Assembly (NCBI GenBank): GCA_030704615.1
Contig: CM060733.1
Span: forward strand, 4,340,001 to 4,404,000
Source of the DNA: Takakia lepidozioides
Lineage: Eukaryota; Plantae; Bryophyta
Direction of reading: 5' to 3'
DNA length: 64,000 bases
Every line of letters starts with the position of its first letter. The first letter of the stretch is position 1. A model generated the notes under the pieces. That model worked only from the letters and a program-made list of their open reading frames with translations, did not search any database and had not been told where the DNA came from. Below, piece after piece: positions 46,738 through 58,308 of this stretch. The position numbers and the translations under genes were made by a program.

Positions 46738-47827
46738 TCTTCAGGCAGGCATGGAATCTTTACGAAGGTCTTCCTTCGAAAAATACCACCTCAAGACTTA
46801 CATCGTCTCATCAGCTACCTCACAATCCACATTGCACCCAACTCCAGAAATCCCCTTGCGAACCCAAAACGAACCCCAAAGATCCTTGTTGTACCCTAAG
46901 CGTCCTTGCAAAGTATTTCCATGCCGACCAGGTCTTAACTCTTGACAACTGTAATAACTAGACTCGGATACCGTGAACCTTGAGATGGTGTTAAGTTAGA
47001 CTTGAGCAGGCGATCGAATATGAGGACCAGGCTAACAGCCTCGCCCGATATACTAGCTCGGTAACGTTGTCAAGAAAAATTTGGGTGCGATTTCTGATGG
47101 GTCTCCAGGAATAATGTGTTGGAGGATAGTGATCTCATATACTCATAGACTCTCAGAACTATATACTCACTGATCTCTCTCTCACTCGAAGCCTCTTTGT
47201 GTTCAAGTTTCCAACTTAAGGAGCTGGAAACTTTGCCAGAAATAGTCTCACACCAGACCACCTCACCAATAATTAGTTTTGTAGATAGCAGTTCCACACT
47301 AGGTGTGTAGCCCACCTGTTTAAAACTATGGACCTGTATGAAGGACGAAACCTGGAATTGGACATTGTTACATGTTTCATAGGATCTCTGAACTTCAGGT
47401 CTCCAACTGCTTTCTTCACCATCAATGATGATCAGCAACAATTGTGCAAATTGATTTGACATCACTCTACATCCTATTGACTAAATCAACCACTTGACAA
47501 CCTCCGAGGAAGAGAGATCTTGTCTGTTGCCACTACAACCTTCTTGACCTTCCTCAAGTGAGATATACATTGCTGTCAAGACTCCGGTGCCACTGATGCA
47601 GTCAAACCACAAGGCAGAGAGGGGGCTCCTCAAAATACGAAACATCTTCCTATTCTACAACCCAAAAGGGTAACTTTCTAGTGTGTTATCCACAAAAGTT
47701 TCCTTAAGAATGGACAGAGCCTTAGGACAACATCGTTATACAATATTCTGCATTGCGAAAGCTTCCAAGTGCCTGTGCTATCTGGAGACGCACTCTCAGA
47801 ATCAATCCAAGTAGTTGTCATCATGGC

Positions 47828-49524
47828 TTATAATATCCTCGACTTGAGGCCCAAGCGAGTAATACGTAATTTGAGAGGTTGCTCTCCCTCCTCCAATGGA
47901 AACTGACGAGGGAAATCCAAGGCTGCCGCTACACGCATCGTGGTGAACTGCCCAATGTGTATGACTTGTTCATCAAACTCCACCCCTGTAAGATAACAAT
48001 AGCAGAATAGATCAACATAAAGCTTAAAGCACTTCAATAAATCTGGTACACACAAACACAATCAAGTGCTTCGTAAACATCTTACATAAATGAAATCATG
48101 GTGCTATGGGTTTTGCTTTGGACATTGGTGTTCTGTTCTACTTCAGCATGAAGTCGTATGACCTGCTTTATTGTCAGTCATTTATCACTGCTACCTCAGG
48201 TTGGCCCTGGCCTTATCATACATCTGTAGTGTGCAAAATATGCCAGGCCCTCACAATTTATGGCTCTAGTCTATTTCAATTTAAACCTAGTGTCCTGAAA
48301 AAACTTCAAGGGTCTTGGCTTTACTAGACAGATTACATCTCCCCTTGTAAAGAATTAATGCAAGTAGTCTGATTCCATCTTTGTAAACAAGGTATGCAAC
48401 ATTTGAAGGACGTTATAGTAACACAACAAGCCTGTTACACTCAGGTTACATTTATGACATGTTGCCCCACAAATATCCTTCCAGCCATCTAAGGGGGCTC
48501 TGGATTGAAGCCTCATGCATAATACCCTCACTACTCTTGACAACAACTTGAGCCCCCGAGCTGCTCTAAACTCTGACACAGATCCATTCAGCCTACACCA
48601 CTAACATGGACAGCTGTAAGACAGCCCAGAGAGTTAATAAGTTCTCTATATCAGCAATTCTAGCTGAAGTTGCAGTGATTGGAATTCCAGCTATATTTCT
48701 TCTAAATGCACCACGGCCTTCCCTCAAGGCTGTCATGGATTTAAGTAACTTGACAATTTAGACTGTAAGGAAAGTCTTGAGTCAGTGGTAGCTACCTCCT
48801 GGGGTGAAATGAATACCAGTTCCAGATGGATGGAACAGATTGATCCTAAGCTGTGCACTGTTCGACTCCCAAATCTTCCCGATTCTTGAGAATGGTACTC
48901 TATCAAACACATTACAACACAAATAGTCAAGAAGATTTGTCTCTGCGCGTGGGAGAAACACCAATCGAAGATCAAACAACCCCTCAAATTGGTTGGTGAA
49001 AGCAAAAAATCCATGTTTTCAAAAACGAAAAATAGGAAAAGATTCATGTTATGTACACATGGGAAGAAACAACCCAAAAGAGAAATCCAAAGCAATGACG
49101 AGAGAAAAAACCTGTAGCAGGCTTTGATGGCAAGGTTGGTGTTCCCAAGAGGCCATTTGCCTCGTAACTCCAAGAGGGGCTCAGGAAGGGCATGCAAGGC
49201 CACATGTTTAGCTCGAATTCGAAGCTTCGGCTCAATCTGGCCTTGGTCCATGACCAGGTTCGCACCAAAACCGAAATTGAGATTCCATGGAAGCCTTGCC
49301 CCCCCTGTTTCCTCGTTTTTGAAATCCCACACCTGCAAGCCAACAACCAATCAGCCAGTTTTCTTTCTGGCCTCTTCTTGCCACCATGACGTGTGTGTAA
49401 AGTCAATGTACCTATGTTCTGCATCATAATTTGGAACAAAGCCAGCTTGCTTTCCCTCTCTGGAATCTGTGTTTGTGAATTTTGACCTCCTAACAATCAG
49501 CTACCAAGATGAGAATTCGCCCTC

Positions 49525-49585
<61 letters not shown>

Positions 49586-50664
49586 ACCAGCATCACACCA
49601 AAGAGACGCTCTCTTCAAATCTATTAAGGGAATTGTGCCTGTACCCCTGTTTACCAACTTTGAAAGTCTCGAGGCTGAGCCAAAAGCCCAGGCCCTCCTG
49701 AGGCCTAGTTTTTGGGCAAATCACACACAGCAGATTGATGCTTGTGTGAAGGGATTTCTAGAGGATATCTGGAAAACCCGGATTAATTCTTTATATGGAG
49801 GTAAGTCTTACTACCAACGTCAGCCCCTGACAGAGGTAGGTTCTGTCCCTTTTGTTCCCGCTCAAACTGGGCGCGGGGTCAATGGCCACAAGGCTACGGC
49901 AAACAACGTCTTATGAGTACAATCTAACCAGCATCACAGAGCAAAGGCCTACTGCAATCCCTACCCACCCAAAAGCGAAATTGGGACCACAAACAAAAAG
50001 ACGACATAACCTAGCCTGCTCTCAATAAGCTCCGAGTTCAACAAGTGGCCCCTCGCGAATATTGAAGGAAAACCGAAACAAGTCCTATTTCAAGTTTGAA
50101 GACACTGACCTGCATGAGCTTCAGCCGGGCACCCCCACCTTCAATTCCATTGAGCCAACCTCTCGATTGCCTCGAGGTTTCATAGCCCTCCTCTCCTTCG
50201 TAGTATCCATTCGGCTCCCCACCGTAGAACGGCCCTCCAGGCGACACTGACGTCCCCCTGGGTTGCCCATAGGGCGATCGACGAGCACCTCTCTGGCTGC
50301 GTTGTACTGGGGGCCCATCATATCGAATGGCCTTTCGGAGATCAATGCGCAGTATCGTATGCGAGTGCCGCCATAGCCCCTTGAAGACATCACCGATAGA
50401 ATTAGCAACGTACTCTCCTAGGGTCGGATCCCTATCGAATCTGGAATTGGGGCCACGTTCATGGTGGGCGCCATATTCTCTCTGGGGTGGTGGTGCATAA
50501 GGAGAGTAGTCAGGGTCCTGGTATGGGGAGCTCCGCGGGTAGCTGGTTGTGGCATGGGGGCTCGAGGTATGCTCAGGGTACTCCCTTTCTGTTGCCAGTG
50601 GCGGAGCCGAAGGCTCATAGCCTTGCCCGTACCTGCCCTCTCTCCGTGCACCGAGAGACGCCAT
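47828..50664 (-). CDS. Unknown protein: disordered Gly/Tyr/Pro/Arg-rich N-terminus plus beta-strand-rich C-terminal domain
   Basis: Four phase-consistent GT-AG exons 50664-50110, 49332-49112, 48899-48796 and 47985-47828, ending KLRITRLGLKSRIL*. Confidence 0.8.
49527..49584. repeat. (TC)n microsatellite
   Basis: Perfect dinucleotide run in intron 1 of the 47828-50664 gene. Confidence 0.95.
49598..49922 (+). mobile_element. 325-bp 5'-truncated copy of the LINE family with 16-bp TSD
   Basis: Near-identical to the reverse complement of 34678-35003. TCTAACCAGCATCACA occurs at 49582-49597 and 49923-49938. Confidence 0.95.
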
Positions 50665-53600
50665 AGTCACTCCTGCAGATCACTTCTCCTCACAAACTTC
50701 CTCCTCCTCAATGAAATTGGAGATGCTCAGAAAGCCGCCGTCATTCATCTCCTCAGCAAATTCCTGCCATGAATCCTGCAGGTCACAACCATCTCTGTCT
50801 CAGAGAAGTTGTTGCCACACTTGCACTTTTTATCGCTGAGCAATCACAGGAAGATCACATGGCTAGCATGCATGTGTCACGTTCTCGCTCAACTTGAATG
50901 GATGCAACCACCTGGATAAATAGTGGGGTGCACTAGGGGATCGATCACAAATCTTCCATGACGGCCCCAAATCATTTGATGCCAAGCAAATCTAGTGAAA
51001 CCCATCACTTCAGACGGGAAATAAAGCTTGATGAAGCCTCACTCACTCCCTTCGGAGGTGTTCCATCTTTTGTGAGTAGACCTTGTGAGGTGGGTTTCGA
51101 GTATGATTTCTCCCCTCAAATGTGTGTCCCTACAACTTACTAAGCTCTGTCGCGTGTCTGAGCTTTAAACTTGGAAGATACACATTAGATCTCTCGTGGC
51201 TTTCTCAATCTTTCTCAGAGAAACAATGAGAAATGTACCATGTCGGTCATGCATTATTATCCCTCAAAATTGGTTGGATAGTTTTGACTGTTCAGTTATT
51301 GAGAACACTAACGGATGAATCATACAACAGTGTATAACGTACTCAAGTGCCCATAGGATTCCATGATAGAAGGTTAAGGACCATTCAGCCAAGTTGATGC
51401 CTCTCCCCTTCCCTGAAGGCCAGGGCCAACAAACAGACGTTTTGAGTTAGAGCAATTCATCTCACAATAATACAATGTAATGGTGGGTTGTAGAAGAAAA
51501 CCAACTCCCTGAGTATCAACCTTGAAGCCAGAGCTCGAATCCGGTGGAAAAAAAAATGAGCGGGACGACGATCCGCGTCATCAAAATCCACAAACACATT
51601 AATCCTCCGGTGCTTCACGCCATCCTGGCATCGAACATCTCAGTGCATGAGACTGTGTTGATGGAGCCACGCCAACCCCCGAAGACATGCCACAAAGGCA
51701 CTCAGTGAGTAGCATCCTTGTAGTGTCATTGCTTGGACGTTTCCTCATGAGAGGCATGTCCAAGCTTCGTCTTCTCTTTTCGTGAATGGGTGTGAGGATC
51801 ATGCAGCAGATTGAAGGGCACCCAGCAATGCCTGGTCCAGTAAAAGGTATACCCATTTTTGTCAAAGAAGTTCACTGTATCTTCAGACAAGAGTGTAATT
51901 GATATCTCTCATCAAATGCTTCAATTTTCGCTGAAATAGGTGACCTCTCCGTTGTATCTCTTTCTTTCCTGCCGTAGCGTAATTTAGAGATGGGTGCTGA
52001 ATTACATATCCTGCTTGTGGCCATCGCCCGTGTGGCATGTTTGAGGAGAAAGACCGACCATCTTTCCCCCTGGGGAAAGATATGATAACGAGAATCTTGC
52101 TGCTTAAGTTCCAAGAGCTGTAAGCATATGTATCTCATTCCTTCAAGAGGTCTATCTAGCACAAATGTCACACATTGCTGGGTCCCCTACGAATGTTGGC
52201 TATGACGTACCCTTTGCGGAGCCAGTCTAACTGAAATTGTTTCCTAGAATCGGATAAGGGCTGATCATTTTGGAAGCACCCTTTGTTGATTCCTGCACCG
52301 CTGCCCTAGGCCCCAAACTGAGACATGGGTCTGCGATGGCTCTGCTATTCATGCTGTGAGAGAGATTAAGGAAAGCTTGCACTAGCATTCCTCAAGAAGA
52401 CTCAGGCAGTTAGGAGCTGCTAAATGTATAAGTGGTGTTTTCGTGCAGGCCAAGCAATAAGCATAACAGGAGTTCATTCCAGATCCTCGACAGTTGGTGG
52501 ACATTAGGTGTAATCGGGTGCAACTACCTCCATCGCTACCCTACAATTGTAGGTCCTTTGATAGAGCATGGATCCTTATCTGAGTGAAGTTTGTTGCGAT
52601 TTTATTTTCGTAGACTGGACGACACATCCATCAAAGCAACTGAACAATGAATTGTCAATCCATGATAGCATTGAAGTGCTTTGTCCAAAGTTGTGGCCAG
52701 ATATTTATTTGATGGTTGTGGAACTTTGGTAGTTGTAGCCTGGTCTGTATGAGGCTGAGGTTAAAGCCAAGGCGGCTCAGCTGCACGTCAATTGCCTCAC
52801 AGAAAAATCAAGGTTTCAGACATATGCACACAAATGAGGTCCTTTGGATTGAGAGTCAGATGACGCTCCCTTGGGTGAAATCAGAGGCATCTACCATGAC
52901 ATACTGCTGCGCAGAGTCAGATAGCAAATGGCTGTCAGAGTGCGGCTTTAATGCTGGTGTGTACAGTGGGACCTCACTGCTGTTTCAAGCGGGGAGTCCA
53001 GATTCTGGGTGGCTTGCCACAGAGTCTGATCAAACTCTGGCTGTGGAGAAATGTGAGTATTCCACAATCAGCTGGGCTTGAAGGGCAGCCTTAGTACCTA
53101 CAAGCTCTTTCAGTATTTTTTGCAGCATCTGTAATATTCTGGTATGTTTTTGTGTTTCTGGAAGAGACCAGGAGCCGTGATTAACTTGCACAAATCTCAT
53201 TGAGAGTACAGCAGCATTCTGCAAGAAAGATTGGGGCAGTTGGAAGCCAGCACTGTTCTCATGTTCTTGCACTGCTTGGACGCAGGTGAAGCAAGGAGCA
53301 TGGAATGGCTCAGGGAGGGGTGTTTCTCAGATCCTTGGCAGTGGTGGAAGAACACGTTTGATAAGGTAGCTACTTTCGTTTTGGATCTGAAAGAGTTCAT
53401 CAGGGAGGGCTTCTGACTGAACCTGACATGATTGTGGTTGCTGGAGTGGAATCATGCAGTGGCATCTCCCATTACTTTGATTTATTAGAATTTTGCTTGT
53501 CATCATGAGAAGTAGAGAGGTGGTTCTCATCAGCAGGTTGTCACCTGGCATGAAAGTAGGTTTTTCCAGGTTGTTCTGCATTCTGCGAACGATGGTTGGA

Positions 53601-54061
53601 CCTTTGGAGTTTGTAACTAGTCTATGCAAAGGTACAGTTGAAGCCATAGCTGTCGCACTTGTGGTTTTGCAGAAAAAATCAACACCATCAGACTTCAGAC
53701 CCCACCACACAGAGGAAGTCCTTTGGCTTGAGAGTTGGTCAAACCCTCCTGGGGTGAAGTCCAAGCTAGCTGCAGTGATACAAGGTCAAGGACAATCTGT
53801 TAATGGTTCTAATGTCAACATACACCTTGAGACTCCAGGCCAGGAATTCAATGGGTATTCTTTTGATGATGATTCAAGGGTTCCAACTCGAGATAGAATT
53901 GGTACAGATTGTCTCAAATCTCATGACTGTAGTAGCTTTGTAACCTGTTAATATATAGCAAGACCCCTGTCCTTGTGGCTTTTTTCAGGTATCTAGGAGC
54001 TTGGATGATTATCTGAGAGTTAGAGTGTGAAGGTTATTAACTAAGTTTGGAGTCATGCAGG

Positions 54062-56080
54062 ATGGCAGGGTTGAATCAGGCACATTCGATTTTTGGCCAC
54101 CACACTGGCAGCAGGGGCGATAACTCCACCATCACCACTGCTTTTGTAAGAGGACCAAGAGAGGGAGTCAACAAGAAAGATACATGTGGGGATGTGAAAA
54201 CACTATGTAAAGTTGGACGATTGACAGAAGCGGTGGCCACGTTAAAGCAACAAGGCATTCAGGCAGACTCCAGTACTTATGTCAGTGTCTTGCAAGCGTG
54301 CATCACCTTGAAAGACCTTGGACATGGAAGGCAGGTGCACGCCCACATTGTCAAAAATGGATTCATGCCAAATATCTTTCTACTCAATACCCTTGTCAAC
54401 ATGTATGCAAAGTGTGGGAGTGTGGTGGATGCACGCCAGGTGTTTGACGAGATGCCTAAACGAGATATGTTCACATGGACTATGATGATGGTGGGATATG
54501 CCAAGCATGGGCAATGTGAGGAGGCTTTCAAGATTTATGAGCAAATGCAACGGGAAAGAGCGATGCCCAATGGGGTCACCTTCACATGTGTTCTCAATGT
54601 GTGTGCCAGCCTTGGAGCCCTGGAAAAGGGTAAAGAAGTCCATGCTGACATCGTCAAGGCTGGAATCGCATCAGATATCATAATGCAGAATGCCCTTGTT
54701 GACATGTATGCCAAGTGTGGCAGCATGACAGATGCACATCAAGTGTTCAACAGTATGGCTAAACGAAATGTCATCTCATGGAGTACTATGATTGCAGGAT
54801 ATGCTCAGCTTGGGTGTGGTATGGAGGCTTTTAAGATCTATGAGAAGATGCAACAAGAAGGAGTGACACCCAACAGGGTGACCTTTATTTGCATTCTAAA
54901 TGCGTGTGCCAACCTAGGAGCACTGGAAAAAGGAAAAGAAGTCCATGCTGACATCATCAAATCTGGGACTATGCCATACATAAATTTGGAGAATACTCTT
55001 GTGGACATGTATGCCAAATGTGGGAGCATGAAGGATGCGCAGCAAGTCTTCAACAACATGGCTGAACGAAGTGTAGTCTCGTGGAATGCCATGATCACAG
55101 GATATGCTCAGCATGGAAGTGGTAGGGAGGTTTTTGAGATCTATGAAAAAATGCGACAAGTAGGGGTGACGCCTGACAGGGTCACATTCATTTGTGTTCT
55201 CAATATGTGTGCCAGCCTAGGAGCTCTGGAAAAGGGTGAAGAGGTCCATGCTGACATGGTGGAAGCTGGAATTGTGTCATATGTAAACTTGGACAATAGT
55301 CTTGTTGATATGTACGCCAAATGTGGGAGCATGAAAAATGCACGTCAAGTGTTTAACAGTATGGCTAAACCAGATGTGGTCTCATGGACTGCAATGATTG
55401 CAGGATGTGCCCAACATGGGTCTGGCAGGGAGGCACTGCAGCTCTTTGAACAAATGCAACAGGAAGGTTTGAAGCCAAATGGCATCACCTTCATATCTCT
55501 CCTGTCTGCATGTCGCCATGTGGGTCTAGTGGATGAAGGTCTTCACTACTTTAACTCCATGAGCCAAGATCATGGCCTCACTCCTAATGGGGAGCATTTT
55601 AGTTGCATGGTGGACCTTCTTGGTCGTGCAGGGCAGCTGGATGAGGCAGAGGCCTTCATTGCCAAAATGCCAATCAAATCACATGCTGGGTTGTGGGTGG
55701 CATTGCTTGGTGCCTGCCGAATTCATAGCGATGTGGAGGTAGCAGAGCGTGCGGCAAAAAGTATTCTTGAGAGGGATCCACAGAATGCTGCGACTCGTGT
55801 CTTACTATCTAAGATCTATGCTGCGACTGGTAGGTGGGATGATGAAGCAAAACTGAGGAAAATGATGGAGGACAGAGGTGTCAGAAAGGAGCCAGCGTAT
55901 AGCTGCATTGAGGTCAACGACCAGGTGTATTCATTCACTGCAGAAGACAAGTTGCGTTCACAAATAGTCAAAAACGATGCTGAACTGAAGAGAATGTCCG
56001 GGTTGTGGAAGGAGGCCTGGTATGTTGTACTTTGTACGGGCTTTCTGTTGCATGATTTGCAGGGAGAGAGAAAGTATTGA
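54062..56080 (+). CDS. PLS-class PPR-E protein with DYW domain truncated before the catalytic HxE motif (E+ type)
   Basis: Open frame from MAGLNQAHS. PLS triplets, E1/E2 and a degenerate PG box (KEPAYSCIEV), then a stop at LLHDLQGERKY* before HSEKLA. Confidence 0.9.
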   Translation: MAGLNQAHSIFGHHTGSRGDNSTITTAFVRGPREGVNKKDTCGDVKTLCKVGRLTEAVATLKQQGIQADSSTYVSVLQACITLKDLGHGRQVHAHIVKNGFMPNIFLLNTLVNMYAKCGSVVDARQVFDEMPKRDMFTWTMMMVGYAKHGQCEEAFKIYEQMQRERAMPNGVTFTCVLNVCASLGALEKGKEVHADIVKAGIASDIIMQNALVDMYAKCGSMTDAHQVFNSMAKRNVISWSTMIAGYAQLGCGMEAFKIYEKMQQEGVTPNRVTFICILNACANLGALEKGKEVHADIIKSGTMPYINLENTLVDMYAKCGSMKDAQQVFNNMAERSVVSWNAMITGYAQHGSGREVFEIYEKMRQVGVTPDRVTFICVLNMCASLGALEKGEEVHADMVEAGIVSYVNLDNSLVDMYAKCGSMKNARQVFNSMAKPDVVSWTAMIAGCAQHGSGREALQLFEQMQQEGLKPNGITFISLLSACRHVGLVDEGLHYFNSMSQDHGLTPNGEHFSCMVDLLGRAGQLDEAEAFIAKMPIKSHAGLWVALLGACRIHSDVEVAERAAKSILERDPQNAATRVLLSKIYAATGRWDDEAKLRKMMEDRGVRKEPAYSCIEVNDQVYSFTAEDKLRSQIVKNDAELKRMSGLWKEAWYVVLCTGFLLHDLQGERKY

Positions 56081-56150
56081 ATCGTCCAAAGCTCTGATAT
56101 GTGTAGTTGGACTGCAACGGTCTGTAACTTGGACTTTTCAGTGATGCAGG

Positions 56151-58308
56151 ATGGCAGGGTTGAATCGGGCACAGTTGTTTGCTGGACATCAGAGTGACAG
56201 CAGGAGTAGCACCACTTCTGTGGAAGGAGGAGCAAGAGAGAGATCCACCAAGAACTCTGAAACTCTAGGGGATGTGAGGTCACTGTGTAAGGCAGGACAA
56301 CTGAAAGAGGCACTGTCCAGTTTGAATCAACAACCTATTCAGGCAGATTCCTATACTTACGTCTGTGTCTTGCAGGAGTGCATCAAAATGAAAGACCTAA
56401 CAGGGGGAAAGCAGGTGCATGCCCACATTATCCGCAGTGGATTCAAGCCAAACATTTTCTTACTCCACACCCTTGTCAACATGTATGCTAAGTGTGGGAG
56501 TGTGATAGATGCACGCCAAGTGTTTGACAGCATGGCTCCATGGGATGTGGTCACATGGAATGCGATGATAGCAGGATATGCTCAGCATGGGTATGGTAGG
56601 GAGGCTAGGGAGATGTATGAGCAAATGCAATGGGAAGGGGTGACGCCCAATAGGGTAACATTCACCTGTGTTCTCAATGCTTGTGCCAGCCTAGGAGCAC
56701 TGGAAAAGGGTAGAAAGGTGCATGGTGACTTCATTAAAGCTGGAATTGCATCAGATATTATTTTGGAAAATACCCTTGTCAACATGTATGCCAAATGTGG
56801 GAGCATCAAGGATGCACGTCAAGTGTTCGACCATATGGCTGAACGAGACGTCGTCTCATGGAGTGCCATGATTGCAGGATATGCTCACCTAGGAGCATTT
56901 ATGAGGAAATTCGGAAGGGAAACAGGGTTCTCAATGCGTGTGTAAAGAAGTCCATGCAGACATTATCAAAGCTGAAATTGTGGCAGATATTCATTTGGAG
57001 ACCGCCCTTGTTGACATGTACGCCAAATGTGGGAGCATGACGGATGCCTGTCAAGTTTTCGACAAGATGGCTAAACGAAATGTGGTCTCGTGGAACACCA
57101 TGATGGCAGGATATGTTCAGCATGGGTGTGGCAGGGAGGCTTTTGCGATCTTTGAGCAAATGCAACGGGAAGGGGTCACACCTGATACGGTTACATTCAC
57201 TTGTATTCTCAATACGTGCGCCAGCCTAGGAGCTCTGGAAAAGGGTGAAGAGGTCCATGCCAACATCATCAAAGCTGGAATTGCACCAGATATTGTTCTG
57301 GAGAATACCCTTGTCGATATGTATGCCAAATGTGGGGGCATGAATGATGCGCGTCGAGTGTTCAACAATATGGCTAAACGAAATGTGGTCTCATGGAGTG
57401 CAATGATAGCAGGATGTGCCCAGCATGGGTGTGGTAGGGAGGCCCTGCAGCTCTATGAAGAAATGCAAGAGGAAGGCGTGAAGCCGAATGACATCACCTT
57501 CATCTCTCTTCTCTCAGCATGTAGCCACGTTGGCCTAGTGGATGAAGGCCGTAACTACTTTGCTTCCATGAGTCGAAATTATGGCCTCACTCCTACTGTT
57601 GAGCATTATGGCTGCATGGTGGACATGCTTGGCCGTGCAGGGCGATTGGATGAGGCGGAGGACTTCATTATCAAAATGCCAAGTGAACCAGGTGGTCCGG
57701 TATGGCGGGCCTTGCTTGGTGCCTGCAGAATTCATGGCAATGTACAGGTAGCAGAACGTGCGGCCAAAGGCATTCTGAAGTGTGATCCAGATCACCCTGC
57801 AGCTTATGTGCTGCTATCAAACATCTATGCTGCGGCTGGCAGATGGGACGATAAAGCAAAAGTGAGAGAAATGATGAAGGACAGAGGTGTACGAAAGGAG
57901 CCAGGGTACAGTTGTGTGGAGGTTGACAACCAGTTGCACACTTTCGTTGTGGAAGACAAATTGCATCCACAAATTGAGGAAATCCATGCCGAGCTCAAGA
58001 GGTTGTCAGAGCAGATGAAGGAGGCAGGGTACGTGCCTGACACAGACTTTGTATTGCATGAATCGGAGGAGGAGCGAAAGGAAGTTACTCTTTGCCACCA
58101 CAGTGAGAAGCTGGCGATTGCTTTTGGACTCATGAGCATGCCCCCTGGGACGCCTATCCGTGTTATGAAGAACCTTCGGGTGTGTGGTGACTGCCACACT
58201 GCCACCAAGTTCATCTCAAAAATAGTTGGGCGAGCAGTTATTGTACGTGATGCCAGCCGGTTTCACCACTTCCACGATGGTGTTTGTTCTTGTGGGGATT
58301 ACTGGTGA
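56151..58308 (+). pseudogene. PLS-PPR-DYW gene split by a frameshift at ~56890-56945; DYW domain intact
   Basis: ORFs 56151-56945 and 56938-58308 are in different frames, with clustered deletions in one P-L unit. The C-terminal part retains the PG box, HSEKLA, CGDCH and DYW. Confidence 0.75.

Noticed and set aside
47068-47499. Solo LTR bounded by TGTCAAG...CTTGACA
   Set aside because: Flanks (AACGT vs ACCTC) give no convincing TSD, so it is not supportable without other copies.
43020-58214. Many antisense ORFs over the PPR genes (MLPHLAY... peptides)
   Set aside because: These are shadows of the repetitive PPR coding strand.
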